From assembly GCA_964016885.1 (NCBI GenBank), contig OZ024760.1, positions 22,196,001 through 22,260,000 of the forward strand: 64,000 nt of DNA, read 5' to 3'. Numbering within the stretch: the stretch's first letter is position 1; every line of letters begins with the position of its first letter. A program made the position numbers and the translations under genes. Shown piece after piece: positions 14,565 through 28,370 of this stretch. A model generated the notes under the pieces. It did no database searches, was not told where the DNA came from, and saw nothing but the letters and a program-made list of their open reading frames with translations. The DNA is from Eledone cirrhosa. Lineage: Eukaryota.

Positions 14565-14642
14565 GCTTCTACAGGACTAGAACTGTTTCATTCGTGAGAA
14601 ATCAACAGGAAGCGCTTCCGGATGATTTCTTACGAATGAAAC
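14565..14642 (-). ncRNA. Palindromic pair of hammerhead copies (minus copy complete with A6U; plus copy truncated)
   Basis: Minus: gcttc-CTGTTGA-tttctcacgaat-GAAA-cagttctagtcctg-TA-gaagc. Plus: gcttc-CGGATGA-tttcttacgaat-GAAA-c. Symmetry axis at 14613/14614. Confidence 0.7.
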
Positions 14643-14750
14643 CTATATATGTATTTAATTGAATATATGAGAGGGGTGAACACAGATGTAAGTAAACATG
14701 TGTTTCAATTGCAAATGTAAAAGACTATTTTGAGTTTCTAACTCAATCTA

Positions 14751-14791
<41 letters not shown>

Positions 14792-14795
<4 letters not shown>

Positions 14796-14961
14796 AACGA
14801 GTAGGACCCCGACGGCTGAGCTCAAGCAGAATTAGCCGTCGAAACGGCTTGAGCTCAGCCGTCGGAGTCCTACTCGTTCCTATTACCCACTCTACTACCC
14901 TAAGTATTGAGTACTTTGGTGCGTTATGGTCCACCTGGTTCCTTACCACATTTCCTCCGTT
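14792..14961 (+). mobile_element. Fold-back element, family F1
   Basis: Short inverted left arm; GAAA-cggcttgagctcagccg-TC; (TA)n flanks. Confidence 0.75.
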
Positions 14962-14990
14962 ATATATATATATATATATATATACATATT

Positions 14991-15238
14991 TTCATTCTGT
15001 GTTCAAATCCCGCCGAGGTTAACTTTGCCTTTCATCCTTACGGGGTCGATAAAATAAAGTACCAGTAATACACTGGGTATTTGCTGGCCTTGTGCCAAAA
15101 GTAGATACCTTTATTATAATAACCGAGTTATAATAACCCGTCAAGGTTAACTTTGCCTTTCATCCATACGGGGTCGATAAAATAAGTACCAGTAATGCAC
15201 TGGAAAATTGCTGGCCTTGTGCCAAAAGTAGAAACAAA
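14991..15238 (+). mobile_element. Two partial SINE family A copies
   Basis: Meta-like core occurs twice (~15020 and ~15150). Confidence 0.85.
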
Positions 15239-15488
15239 TATATATACAAACATACGTATTATATATACATACATACATATATATATGTATATATGTGAGT
15301 GTGTGCATTTGTGACTGTTTGTGTTTTGGGTGGGTGTATATAAATGTGTGAGAGTATGTGTGAGTGTGTAAGAGAAAGTGTATATACGTGTGTGCGAGTA
15401 TGTGTGTGCTTGTGTTTGTGTGAGGGAGAGAGTATGTAAGTATGTGAATGTTTGTTCCCGTATGTGAGAGTGTGTGTGTTCGTGTGAA

Positions 15489-15540
<52 letters not shown>

Positions 15541-15828
15541 TGGGTATATAAGTACATGTATGTTTGTGTGTATGAGTGTGAATGTGAGTGTGTGTGAGTG
15601 TGTGTTTTCCATTCCATTTTATTCTATTTATTTTACTCCATCCCCTCCCTCTGCCCACCTTTACCCCCCACCCACCAAAAATAACAACTACAACAACAAC
15701 AACAACAACCCACAACATTCATTTAACAATCCATCCTCTACCAGAACCAACTCCGTCACCACCAAATCCTCCACCTCCTGCACCTACACTCTTCCAAGCT
15801 CCCCTCCCCCATCAATTTATCTATTTAC

Positions 15829-15859
<31 letters not shown>

Positions 15860-15999
15860 TCTCCTAATTGTGTTTTCAAACATCGTACGTCTCTTCTTCA
15901 GGCAAGGTTACCGTATTTTCTCTTTTCATTACTGCATGCTTCCACGCCTACACCCGGCAATCAACATCACCACAATCACCACCACCACCAACAACAACA

Positions 16000-17130
16000 A
16001 CTACTACCACCGACACTTAAACAGCACTCCTACACACCACCACCGACAATACCACCACTACCTCCACCGACACATAAACAGCACCCCACACCACCAGCAA
16101 CACCACCACCACCGACACCTTAACAGCACCCCCACACCACCACCAACAACACCACCACCTCCACCGACACCTAAACAGCACCCCAACAACACCACCACCT
16201 CAACCGACACCTAAACAGCACCCCAACACCACCACCTCCACCGACACATAAACAGCGCCCCACACCACCACCAACACCACCACCACCTCCACCGACACCT
16301 AAACAGCACCCCACACCACCACCACCTCCACCGACGCATAAACAGCACCCCACACCACCACCAACAATACCACCACCTCCACCGACACATAAACAGCACC
16401 CCACACCACCACCACCACCTCCACCGACACCTAAACAGCACCCCAACAACACCACCACCTCAACCGACACCTAAACAGCACCCCACACCACCACCAACAA
16501 CACCACCACCTCCACCGACACCTAAACAGCACTCCCACACCACCACCACCTCCACCGAAACCTAAACAGCACCCCACACCACCACCAACAATACCACCAC
16601 CTCCACCGACGCATAAACAGCATCCCACACCACCACCACCTCCACCGACACCTAAACAGCACTCCCACACCACCACCACCTGCACCGACACCTAAACAGC
16701 ACCCCACACAACCACCAACAATACCACCAGCTCCACCGACACATAAACAGCACCCCACACCACCACCACCTCCACGGACACCTAAACAGCACCCCACACC
16801 ACCATCAACAACACCACCACCTCCACCGACACCTAAACAGCACTCCCACACCACCACCACCGACACCTAAACAGCACCCCACACCACCACCACCACCACC
16901 TCCACCGACACCTAAACAGCACCCCACACCACCATCAACAACACCACCACCTCCACCGACACCTAAACAGCACCTCACACCAGCACCACCTCCACCGACA
17001 CCTAAACAGCACCCCCACACCACCACCAACAATACCACCACCTCCACCGACACATAAACAGCACCCCACACCACCACCAACAACACCACTACCTCCACCG
17101 ACACCTAAACAGCACCCCACACCACCACCA
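16000..17130. repeat. C-rich minisatellite (core ccaccacctccaccgacacctaaacagcaccccacac, variable length)
   Basis: Direct periodicity. Confidence 0.9.
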
Positions 17131-18456
17131 ACAACAACACCACCAACAACACCATCACCACCACCACCATCACTGCCAACAGCAAAACAACACCATCACC
17201 ATCACTATCACCACCTACACAAGACCACCACCACCACCACTATCACCAACAAAACAACACCATCACCATCACCACCACTAACACCAATACCAACAACACC
17301 ATCACCACCACCACCACCAACAGCAACACCATCACCACCACCACCACCACCACCACCACTAACACCACCAACAACAACACCATCACCACCACCATCACCA
17401 CCACTAACACAATACCAACAACACCATCACCACCACCACCACTAACACCACCAACAGAAACACCATCACCACCACCATCACCACCACTAACACCAATACC
17501 AACAACACCATCACCACCACCACCACCACTAACACCACCAACCGCAACACCATCACCACCACCATCACCACCATTAACACCAATACCAACAACACCATCA
17601 CCACCACCACCACCACTAACACCACCAACAGCAACACCATCACCACCACCACCACTAACACCAACAACACCATCACCACCACCACCACCACTAACACCAC
17701 CAACAGCAACACCATCACCACCACCACCATTAACACCAATACCAACAACACCATCACCACCACCACCACCACTAACACCACCAACAGCAACACCATCACC
17801 ACCACCATCACCACCACTAACACCAACAACACCATCACCACCACCACCACCACTAACACCACCAACAGCAACACCATCACCACGACCACCACCACCAACA
17901 GCAACACCATCACCACCACCACCACCACCACTAACATCCCTTATACGAAAGTTCCTCAAATCGACTATCCATAAAATTCCAGAGATAAACTAAAAGAAAA
18001 AAAAATAGTCAGACGACCACCCAACACGGCTACTCGACTGACTCAGACAATAACAGTTAAATAAATACTTAAATCCAACATAGACACACAAAACTACAAT
18101 AGATAGTGATAAAGAGGAACTAATATAATGATATTACTAATATATCCTCACTTTCTTCCTCATTATCCTATGTCTTCTGACTGCATTTTCTCTTTTTTAC
18201 TGTCTTGTGTGTGAGTTTCTTATTGAATCCTCGTCTTTTCTCCTCTCTTTCACACACACACATACATACATACACACACACACACAATAGTTCTTTCGTT
18301 GTTTTGCTATTGTATGGTTGGGTTTTGCCTACCGCAATTTTCAATTTCTCAAGCTATTTAAACGTATGTTATTACTCTAAGGACCTACCCTGATTGAGTG
18401 CTTTGCTACTCATTCCTTATAGGTCGACTTTGCTTCGATTTTACTAAGCTTCCACT

Positions 18457-18505
<49 letters not shown>

Positions 18506-18646
18506 ACGTAAATACTCATCCTTTTCCATCTTTAGAGTGTTTCTAAACCCCACTATCAGGCTAAAATTTCTTTAGTCAAAAATACAATAGCTTCTATTTC
18601 TACTAAATTTCAAACCGCTCGCTGTTTAAAAACAAACTTACTTGTT

Positions 18647-18725
<79 letters not shown>

Positions 18726-18954
18726 CTTCTTGTTTGTCCATCGTAAACGAAGATGACATTAACTTTATTGTTGTTCTCGTCTGCCGTGGGCACGAAGGTA
18801 TCTGTGGAAGCCGGTCAATGACTTGCAGGTCCGGGGACAGGCAGTGGGGACAGGGGAATAGACCGGAGTCAGATTGGCAACTGTCTATCCCCGAACCTGG
18901 AAGTCAATGATCGGCTTCCACAGCCACCTTCGTGCCCATATATATATATATATA

Positions 18955-18998
18955 TAGCCCTTGAGAAGCCTATTCGGGCGAAACGTACGTAGGTGCTA
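18955..18998 (+). ncRNA. Minimal type I hammerhead with U3:A8 compensatory core
   Basis: tagccc-TTGAGAA-gcct attc gggc-GAAA-cgtacg-TA-gg(t)gcta; stem I 6 bp with a 1-nt bulge; palindromic stem III; (TA)n flanks. Confidence 0.75.
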
Positions 18999-19051
18999 TT
19001 GTAAATAAACATGTTTTAACGGTCTGTTCTCCTATATTTTACTTTTCCACC

Positions 19052-19082
<31 letters not shown>

Positions 19083-19145
19083 GAAGTAATTCCGTCGGAA
19101 AAGTCCAGGAAAAAAAGAGTGCTCTATGTAGGTAACAGAGCTTAA

Positions 19146-19316
19146 TAGTTATGTAATAAACAACATAAGGCAATTATTCGATTTACCAGTGGTTTCTTAA
19201 AAGCAAAAGATTTTGCTTTCAATCCACAGAATCTGAGGATTGAAAGCAAAATCTTTTGCTTTTAAGAAACCACTGGTAAATCGAATAATTGCCTTATGTT
19301 GTTTATTACATAGCTA
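19146..19316. repeat. ~80-bp-arm fold-back carrying a hammerhead 3' half
   Basis: Near-perfect inverted repeat centred at 19231; right arm reads GAAA-gcaaaa tc ttttgc-TT. Confidence 0.8.
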
Positions 19317-19360
19317 TATATATCTGTTAGCTTCTCGCTAAAACAATCTCTATACCTCTC

Positions 19361-19427
<67 letters not shown>

Positions 19428-19483
19428 AGTAAAATTACAGGAGGCAAAATTTGTTGAATCTCCTTAATTGTTTATTCCTGCAA

Positions 19484-19540
19484 ATATTATGCACATTTCA
19501 GTGGCCAGGTTGCGTAAGAGCCCGGTGACTTTTCAAGTGT
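19484..19540 (-). ncRNA. Degenerate hammerhead with UUGAAAA (U3:A8) core
   Basis: Minus: TTGAAAA-g..ccggg..cctgg..t-GAAA-tgtgca-TA; stem I decayed. Confidence 0.45.
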
Positions 19541-19759
19541 AAATTGCCTCTATACCAACAGAAGGATGGTAAACCTATTCCAAGATGCTTTAAGGAAACA
19601 AGCAAAGAAAGAACAGAGAAGAAAAAAGTGTGTTTATGTTTTTGACACAGAGATGAACGAAACAGCATGTTGTTATAGTGCCGCGTGTGTGTGTGTAAGT
19701 TTGCGGTAGTGTTTTCTAACTAACAGCACTAGATGTTCACAATTCACAACACTCATTCC

Positions 19760-22110
19760 TGCTCCCCACCACCACTATCACCACCACCACCATCAACACC
19801 ACCACCATCAACACCATCAACACACCACCGCAATCACCACCACCACCACCATCACCAACACACCACCAACAGCACCACCACCAACTCACCACCACGATCA
19901 CCATCACCACAACCACCTACACGACCATCAGCAACACCACACCAACCCCACCACCAGCACCCCAACCACCAACACACCAGCACCACAACCACCATAACCA
20001 CCAACACAACCACAACAACCACCACCAGCACACTACCACCACCACCAGCAGCACCACACCACCACTACCAGCACCACCAACACACCACCACCACCATCAC
20101 CATCACCACAACGACCTACACCACCACCAGCACATCAACACCACACTAGCAACGCCACACCAGCACCCCCAACCACCAGAACCACCACCACAACCAGAAC
20201 CACCACAACCACCACCACACACACCACAACACCACCACCACCACAACCACCACAACCACCACCACAACTACCATCAACACCACAACCACAACCACCACAA
20301 CCACCACCACAACCACAACAACCACCACCACAACTACCATCAACACCACAACCACAACACCACCACAACCACAGCCAGAACCACCACAACCACCACCACA
20401 ACTACCATCAACACCACAACCACCACCACAACACCACCACCACCACAACCACAACCAGAACCACCAAAAGAAACGCTCTAATATTGCTTCATCATAAATT
20501 CTTCCAACCTTCTTTGATAAGAGATTCTCTGTGATTCTTTCAATATCTGCTTTATTAAAGAATATTGAAAGACTAACGGAAAAACGTCGACTGCTTCTAG
20601 AATCAAAGATGGCGGCTATTATGTTATATAATGTGTTGAAACATCTGAGAAAAATCCTACACCATTTCAACACACTTTATTACAATGTTATAGATGGTGG
20701 TGGTAATGGTGGTAGTGGTGTTGGTGGTGGTGGTGGTGATGGTATTGGTGGTGGTGGTGATGGTATTGGTGGTGGCGGGGGTGGTAGTTGTGGTGGTGGT
20801 AGTGGTGTTGGTCGTGGTAGTTGTGGTGGTGGTGATGGTGGTAGTGGTGTTGGTGTTGGTGGTGGTGGTGGTGGTGATGGTATTGGTGGTGGTGGGGGTG
20901 GTAGTTGTGGTGGTGGTGATGGTGTTGTGGTGGTGGTAGTGGTGTTGGTGGTGGTGTTGGTGGTGGTAGTGGTGTTGGTGGTGGTAGTTGTGGTGGTGTG
21001 GGGGTGGTAGTTGTGGTGGTGTGGGGGTGGTAGTTGTGGTGGTGGTGGTGGTGGTGGTAGTTGTGTTGGTGGTGGTGATGGTATTGGTGGTGGTGGTGAG
21101 GGTGTTGTGGTAGTGATGGTGATGGTGATGGTGGTAGTGGTGACGGTATTGGTGGTGGTGGTGATGGTATTGGTGGTGGTGGTGGTAGTTGTGGTGGTGG
21201 TAGTTATGGTGGTGGTGATGGTGTTGTGGTGGTGTTGTTAGTGGTGGTGATGTTGGTAGTGGTGGTGTGGAGGTGGTAGTGGTGGTGGTGTGGAGGAGGT
21301 AGTGGTGGTACTGTTGTTGGAGGTGGTGGTGGTGATGGTGGTGTCGGTGGTAGTGGTGGGTCTGGTGGTGGTGGTGGTGTTGGTGGTTGTGGTAGTGGTT
21401 TTGGTGGTAGTGGTGGTGTTGGTGGTGGGGTGGTGGTGATGATGGTAGTTGTGGTAGTTTGCTGGTAGTGGCAGCGGTGTTGGCAATGGTGGTGATGGTG
21501 GTGGTAGCAGTAGTGGTGGTTATGATGGTGGTGATGGTTGAGCCGGTGGTGGTTTGTTGTGGTTGTGGTGGTGGTGTGTTGTTGTTGGTTGTGTTATGTT
21601 ATGTTGTTGTGCTTAATGCTAGTGGTGTTGTTGTTGTTGTTGTTGGCCGTGGTGGTAGTGGTGTTGGTGATAGTGGTGGTGGTTTTGTTGTTGGGGATGT
21701 TGTTGTTGGCCGTGGTGATGATGGTGTTGGTCTTGTTGTTGGGGTTGTTGTTGTTGGTGGTGGTGGAGGTGTTGGTGATAATAGAAGTGGTGTTGATGAT
21801 GGTGGTAGTGTTGGTTTTGTTGTTGGGGATGTTGTTGTCGGTGGTGGTGGTGGTTTTGTTGTTGGGTATGTTGTTGTTGGTGGTGGTGGTGGTTTTGTTG
21901 TTGGAGATGTTGTTGAGGGTGGTGGTTTTGTTGTTGGAGATGTTGTTGTTGATGGTGGTGGTGGTGGTTTTGTTGTTGGATATGTTGTTGTTGGTGGTGG
22001 TGGTGTTGGATATGTTGTTGTTGTCGGTGGTGGTGGTGTTGGTTTCGTTGTTGTTGTCGGTGGTGGTGGTGTTGGTTTTGTTGCTGCCAGTGGTGGTGGT
22101 TCGGGGTGGG
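19760..22110. repeat. (CCA)n, (GGT)n and (GTT)n low-complexity blocks with a unique island at ~20465-20693
   Basis: Direct observation. Confidence 0.9.
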
Positions 22111-22197
22111 GCAGATGACAGGAATACAACATATCTGATAGTTTGTTTAATATCAAAGGATTGTGTACGCACAGACAAGCAGAACGAAGGTCAGACA

Positions 22198-22266
<69 letters not shown>

Positions 22267-22493
22267 CTACACACACGTATATAGATAGATTGGTATGTAC
22301 ACATACATACATAGATGCGTACATATGAGTATGTGTGTATGTAAGTTTGCTTTCTTATTCACATGTTTATAATAGAAATATGCAAGATAACGATATTGTA
22401 TGAACCTGTACACGTGCACACACCACAAACCACAAACACACACACGCACACACACACGTATATATATATATATATATATACATATATGTGTAA

Positions 22494-22539
<46 letters not shown>

Positions 22540-22840
22540 GTGAGTGTGTATATATGTATATATATATACATATATTTGTGTGAGTGTATATATATATATT
22601 CGTGTGTGTGTGTGTGTGTATATAAATACATATATTTGTGTGAGTGTATATATATATATTTGTGTGTGTGTGTGTGTGTATATAAATACATATATTTGTG
22701 TGAGTGTATATATATATATATAATATATATATATATATTTGTGTGAGTGTGTGTATATATACATGTGTGTGAGTATATATGTATTTATATATATATATTC
22801 GTGTGTGTGTGTGTGTGTATAAATACATATATTTGTGTGA

Positions 22841-22876
<36 letters not shown>

Positions 22877-22896
22877 GTGAGTGTGTGTATATATAC

Positions 22897-22957
<61 letters not shown>

Positions 22958-23045
22958 TTTGTGTGAGCGTGTATATATATATATGTGTGTGTATATATAT
23001 ATGAGCGTGTGTGTGGAGAAAGAGAGAGAGAGAACGAGAGAGAGA

Positions 23046-23154
<109 letters not shown>

Positions 23155-23560
23155 CACAGTTTTATTAAACATGTTATATTAAAGACACTACTGAGTTCAA
23201 CTTTAATCTTTTTTTAATAAAGATTTTTCCTGTTTTCTCGTTTATGTTTCGCCTGGTACAATACCGCCAGGGCCATTGTGTGACAACGAACTTTTCAATA
23301 CATTTCAAATACAACGCTGACGCTTTATCAGTGGTAACACTATTTCTACTACACATCCTTACGGCCATAACACCGACAAAGAACCAGTTCTAGGCTAATC
23401 ACAAAAGTAAGGGAAACGCAAGGGCTCTAGTGTCACGGCACAATGGAGAAGAGGAAGGAGAAGGTTGATTGGGCTCTGGGTCTAAGGCATGGCAGGGGTA
23501 AGACGGCAAAAAACATTCCTGTGGACAATGGCCCATCGACACCCGCTGCAAAAGCCACCT

Positions 23561-25225
23561 CACCTCGCGGGGCTCTTTCCTCCGATAAGCGGCGCGGAGT
23601 GTGCGTTGATGTCCTCTCTCTCCCTCTTTCACTCACTGTCTACACCCCACCTCGCGGGGCTCCTTCCTCGGATAAGCGGCGTCGAGTGTGCGTTGATGTC
23701 CTCCCTCTCCCTCTTTCACTCACTGTCTACACCCCACCTCGCGGGGCTCCTTCCTCGGATAAGCGGTGCGGAGTGTGCGTTGATGTCCTCTCTCTTTCTC
23801 TTTCACTCACTGTCTACAATCCACCTCGCAGGGCTCCTTCCTCGGATGAGCGGCGTCGAGTGTGCGTTGATGTCCTCCCTCTTTCTCTTTCACTCACTGT
23901 CTACACCCCACCTCGCAGGGCTCCTTCCTCGGATAAGCGGCGTCGAGTGTGCGTTGATGTCCTCTCTCTTTCTCTTTCACTCACTGTCTGTCTACACCCC
24001 ACCTCGCAGGGCTCCTTCCTCGGATAAGCGGCGTCGAGTGTGCGTTGATGTCCTCTCTCTTTCTCTTTCACTCACTGTCTGTCTACACCCCACCTCGCAG
24101 GGCTCCTTCCTCGGATAAGCGGCGCGGAGTGTGCGTTGATGTCCTCTCTCTTTCTCTTTCACTCACTGTCTGTCTACATCCCACCTCGCAGGGCTCCTTC
24201 TTCGGATAAGCGGCGTCGAGTGTGCGTTGATGTCCTCCCTCTTTCTCTTTCACTCACTGTCTACACCCCACCTCGCAGCGCTCCTTCCTCGGATAAGCGG
24301 CGTCGAGTGTGCGTTGATGTCCTCCCTCTTTCTCTTTCACTCACTGTCTACACCCCACCTCGCAGCGCTCCTTCCTCGGATAAGCGGCGCGGAGTGTGCG
24401 TTGATGTCCTCTCTCTTTCTCTTTCACTCACTGTCTGTCTACACTCCACCTCGCAGGGCTCCTTCTTCGGATAAGCGGCGTCGAGTGTGCGTTGATGTCC
24501 TCTCTCTCCCTCTTTCACTCACTGTCTACACCCCACCTCGCGGGGCTCCTTCCTCGGATAAGCGGCGCGGAGTGTGCGTTGATGTCCTCTCACTTTCTCT
24601 TTCACTGTCTACACCCCACCTCGCAGGGCTCCTTCCTCGGATAAGCGGCGTCGAGTGTGCGTTGATGTCCTCTCACTTTCTCTTTCACTGTCTACACCCC
24701 ACCTCGCGGGGCTCCTTCCTCGGATAAGCGGCGTCGAGTGTGCGTTGATGTCCTCTCTCTTTCTCTTTCACTCACTGTCTACACCCCACCTCGCAGGGCT
24801 CCTTCCTCGGATAAGCGGCGTCGAGTGTGCGTTGATGTCCTCTCTCTCCCTCTTTCACTCACTGTCTACACTCCACCTCGCGGGGCTCCTTCCTCGGATA
24901 AGCGGCGTCGAGTGTGCGTTGATGTCCTCTCTCTTTCTCTTTCACTCACTGTCTGTCTACACTCCACCTCGCAGGGCTCCTTCCTCGGATAAGCGGCGTC
25001 GAGTGTGCGTTGATGTCCTCCCTCTTTCTCTTTCACTCACTGTCTACACCCCACCTCGCAGGGCTCCTTCCTCGGATAAGCGGCGTCGAGTGTGCGTTGA
25101 TGTCCTCTCTCTTTCTCTTTCACTCACTGTCTGTCTACACTCCACCTCGCAGCGCTCCTTCCTCGGATAAGCGGCGTCGAGTGTGCGTTGATGTCCTCTC
25201 TCTTTCTCTTTCACTCACTGTCTAC
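23561..25225. repeat. CpG-rich 83/87/91-bp minisatellite, about 19 copies
   Basis: Unit cacctcgcagggctccttcctcggataagcggcgtcgagtgtgcgttgatgtcctctctctttctctttcactcactgtctacaccc; length variants differ by 4-nt slips. Confidence 0.95.
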
Positions 25226-25534
25226 GTCTCTCTCCGCTCTTCCCCATCTGTCACTATTATAAGTAAACGGGAGCCAACGCGACTGCCGACCCGCACCGCG
25301 GCGGACTGAAAAGAGAAGTCGTTTCCCTGGACTATGGTGACGAATATGCGTTGGAAGAGCAATTCCAACTCGGGAGGCTCGCACCTGGGAGTAGCCAACT
25401 CTGAGAACAGATGTGGTCCTAGCGTCGAGGACAACAGAAGTTTCCTTGGGAAACCTAGCTGCTATAAGTATCTTTTGAAGTGGCGAATTGTCGGAGTCTT
25501 TTAAGTCTCAGATAGAAGGATTTATAGTACTTGA

Positions 25535-25850
25535 TCCGGTCTCTAAGCTCTGAGGTCAAATCCTGACGGAATCATCTTTACCTTTCATGCTTTCAAGTTC
25601 AAATCTCATCGAGGTCAATTTTGCCTTTAATCTTTTCAAGTTCGACAAAAAAGAAAAAAGAAAAAAGAAAAAAGAAAAAAGAAAAAAGAAAAAAGAAAAA
25701 AGAAAAAAGAAAAAAGAAAAAAGAAAAAAGAAAAAAGAAAAAAGAAAAAAAAAGAAAAAAGAAAAAAGAAAAAAGAAAAAAGAAAAAAGAAAAAAGAAAA
25801 AAAAAAAAAAAAAAAAAAAAAGAAAAGTACCAACGCTGTATCGGGGACAA
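25535..25850 (+). mobile_element. Degenerate SINE family A interrupted by an (A6G)n expansion
   Basis: gaggtcaattttgcctttaatcttttcaagttcgac-[A6G]n-aaagtacc. Confidence 0.65.
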
Positions 25851-26626
25851 ATAATCTGTTATATGTGGTTATTAAGACTGATGCAAATATCGGAAAAGCT
25901 GTCGCTAAGGGTACCATGCAATTTTAAACAGATAAAGGCACCATGTAAACTCTTCGTCAGCTCCAGCTATATCCAGTACAACACCCACGATACTATCAAA
26001 TGGAAGGAGAAGACGAATGCATTAGCACTGCACTGGAATTTGGAAGGATACCCCCCCCCCCCCCCCCTCCAAAAAACAAAAACAAAACGAAGTGGACCTC
26101 ATTTTAACATGAACTCATAGAGAGCAAAGTCAGATATCCAAACACTAAGAACAAAAACCGACAGGCGCCATCAAATGACTTATTAACATTTCAGAAAAGT
26201 GACACATTGGATAATGTTTTCTGTACAACAACGAGAAAAACGACAACAATATCATCAAAAATATAATAACATTTTGAAATATAATAAAATTTCTTTTTCC
26301 AATAATAAATTCATATTTTAATATTTATTTCAGATTTAGAAAATATTCAGAATAAAACAACAACCAAAAAATGTTTATGTGAAAAATACCTCCAGAATAA
26401 TAAGATAACGAAATGACATTTACGTAATGCCTACACATATAGATATACGTATACATACCTACGTATATATATATATACGCATATATATATACTCTTTCTC
26501 TCTCTTACTATATATAAATATATAATTATATATACGTTTATATACGCATATATATATATATATATATATATGCGTATATAAACGTATATATAGTTATATA
26601 TTTATATTTTTCTCCCCATTTTATCA

Positions 26627-26660
<34 letters not shown>

Positions 26661-26876
26661 TATATGAATTATTTCTCTCTCTCGCCATATATAAATATAT
26701 AACTATATATGTATATGTATATATATGAACCCTTTCTCTCTTTCACTATATATATAATAATATATATATATATAAGTATGTACAGCCGTACTAAGAGTGG
26801 GGAATGAAATTTAGTTTCATTTTTTCCAATATATATATATATATATACACACACACATATATGTATATATGTGTGG

Positions 26877-26916
<40 letters not shown>

Positions 26917-27259
26917 GTGTGTGTGTGTGTGTAAATATGTGTGTGCGCGTTGGTACGTATATATAGACATGTATATAAACTTAATGAAATGTTCAAGGAG
27001 TTTCTTCAAGCGCAGTGAATATATTTCTCAGTAGTTTTACTATTCTTCAGCTGACAAACAATGGCGAGACTTTACGTGTTTGGAATATCAAACATTCATT
27101 ACCCAGACTACTTGATGTAAGAATATATATATATATTTAAAAAGGAATATATATATATATATACATATGTATCTATATATATATACATAATATATATATA
27201 TTTTTACATATATTTAAAAATATACATATATATATATGTGAATATATATATATACACAC

Positions 27260-27362
<103 letters not shown>

Positions 27363-27451
27363 TATATATACATATATATACATACATACATATATATATA
27401 TATACATACATATATATATATATACATACATATATATATATATAAACATAC

Positions 27452-27482
<31 letters not shown>

Positions 27483-27581
27483 TATATATACATATATATA
27501 TATACATACATACATATATATATATACATATATATATATACATACATACATATATATACATACATACATATATATATATAC

Positions 27582-27668
<87 letters not shown>

Positions 27669-27697
27669 CATATATATATATACATATATATATATAC

Positions 27698-27748
<51 letters not shown>

Positions 27749-27761
27749 CATATATATATAC

Positions 27762-28370
27762 ATGGTGGCTGCCAACTCGTTTTCGAGTACGGCCACTACT
27801 TTATATCCATGTAGGAGAACTCCTACCGATGCGCTGAACGAGTGTGACTTTTTAGTCCAGCCAGCGACTTGAAAACTCTGGTACAAACACTACACCTGTG
27901 ACAATTACTGACACATAGTGCTGGGCCCATGGTACCATGTGACGACAAGTGCAGAGAGATCTCCAGATATAAAGCAATGCCTGTGCAGAGCAGCTTTTAT
28001 AGTGAGGAAAGGCACTGCACAAAGCCAGTCCCACTCTCTTAACCAAGATGATATTTACCAAAAAGAAGAACAAGTCAACATCATTGGATACCATCAGGGT
28101 TGCAGGTGTTATATCAGAGTTTTCCTTCTCCTAGAATTCTGCCTTGACAAAGGCTAAGGGGTCATCTCTCCCGATGATTTTGGATGGCCATTGACTCTTA
28201 AGAGCTCCTTTGCCCTTTGACAAGTTTTGTTTTTAGTCCTGCAGGATGTCCAAAGTCACCCTCCTCACCAAGAAACCTTGGTGGGGTTGCCAGTTTAGTC
28301 GCCAACGACCCGAACATGAGACAGGTTGTACTGGGATACATGTTACCAGTAGCACCAACTATCACCAACT
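27762..28370 (-). mobile_element. Probable RTE-clade LINE 5'UTR fragment
   Basis: Minus strand ctaggagaaggaaactctg resembles a motif I recall from RTE 5'UTRs; (TA)n flanks; not verified by search. Confidence 0.45.

Noticed and set aside
15861-15905. Minus-strand CTGAAGA..GAAA..TA
   Set aside because: Stem I is 1 bp and stem II is poor; could be chance.
23561-25225. CRISPR-like appearance of regular arrays (also 5260, 29402, 56206)
   Set aside because: No unique spacers, no cas genes, eukaryotic context.
27013-27053. Minus-strand CTGAAGA-tagt..acta-GAAA-tata-TT
   Set aside because: Core is present but stem I needs a 2-nt bulge; counted only as a weak candidate and not listed as a feature.
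28240-28370. Possible HDV-like ribozyme at the putative RTE 5' end
   Set aside because: I could not assign the nested double pseudoknot by eye; it needs an RNArobo/Infernal search.
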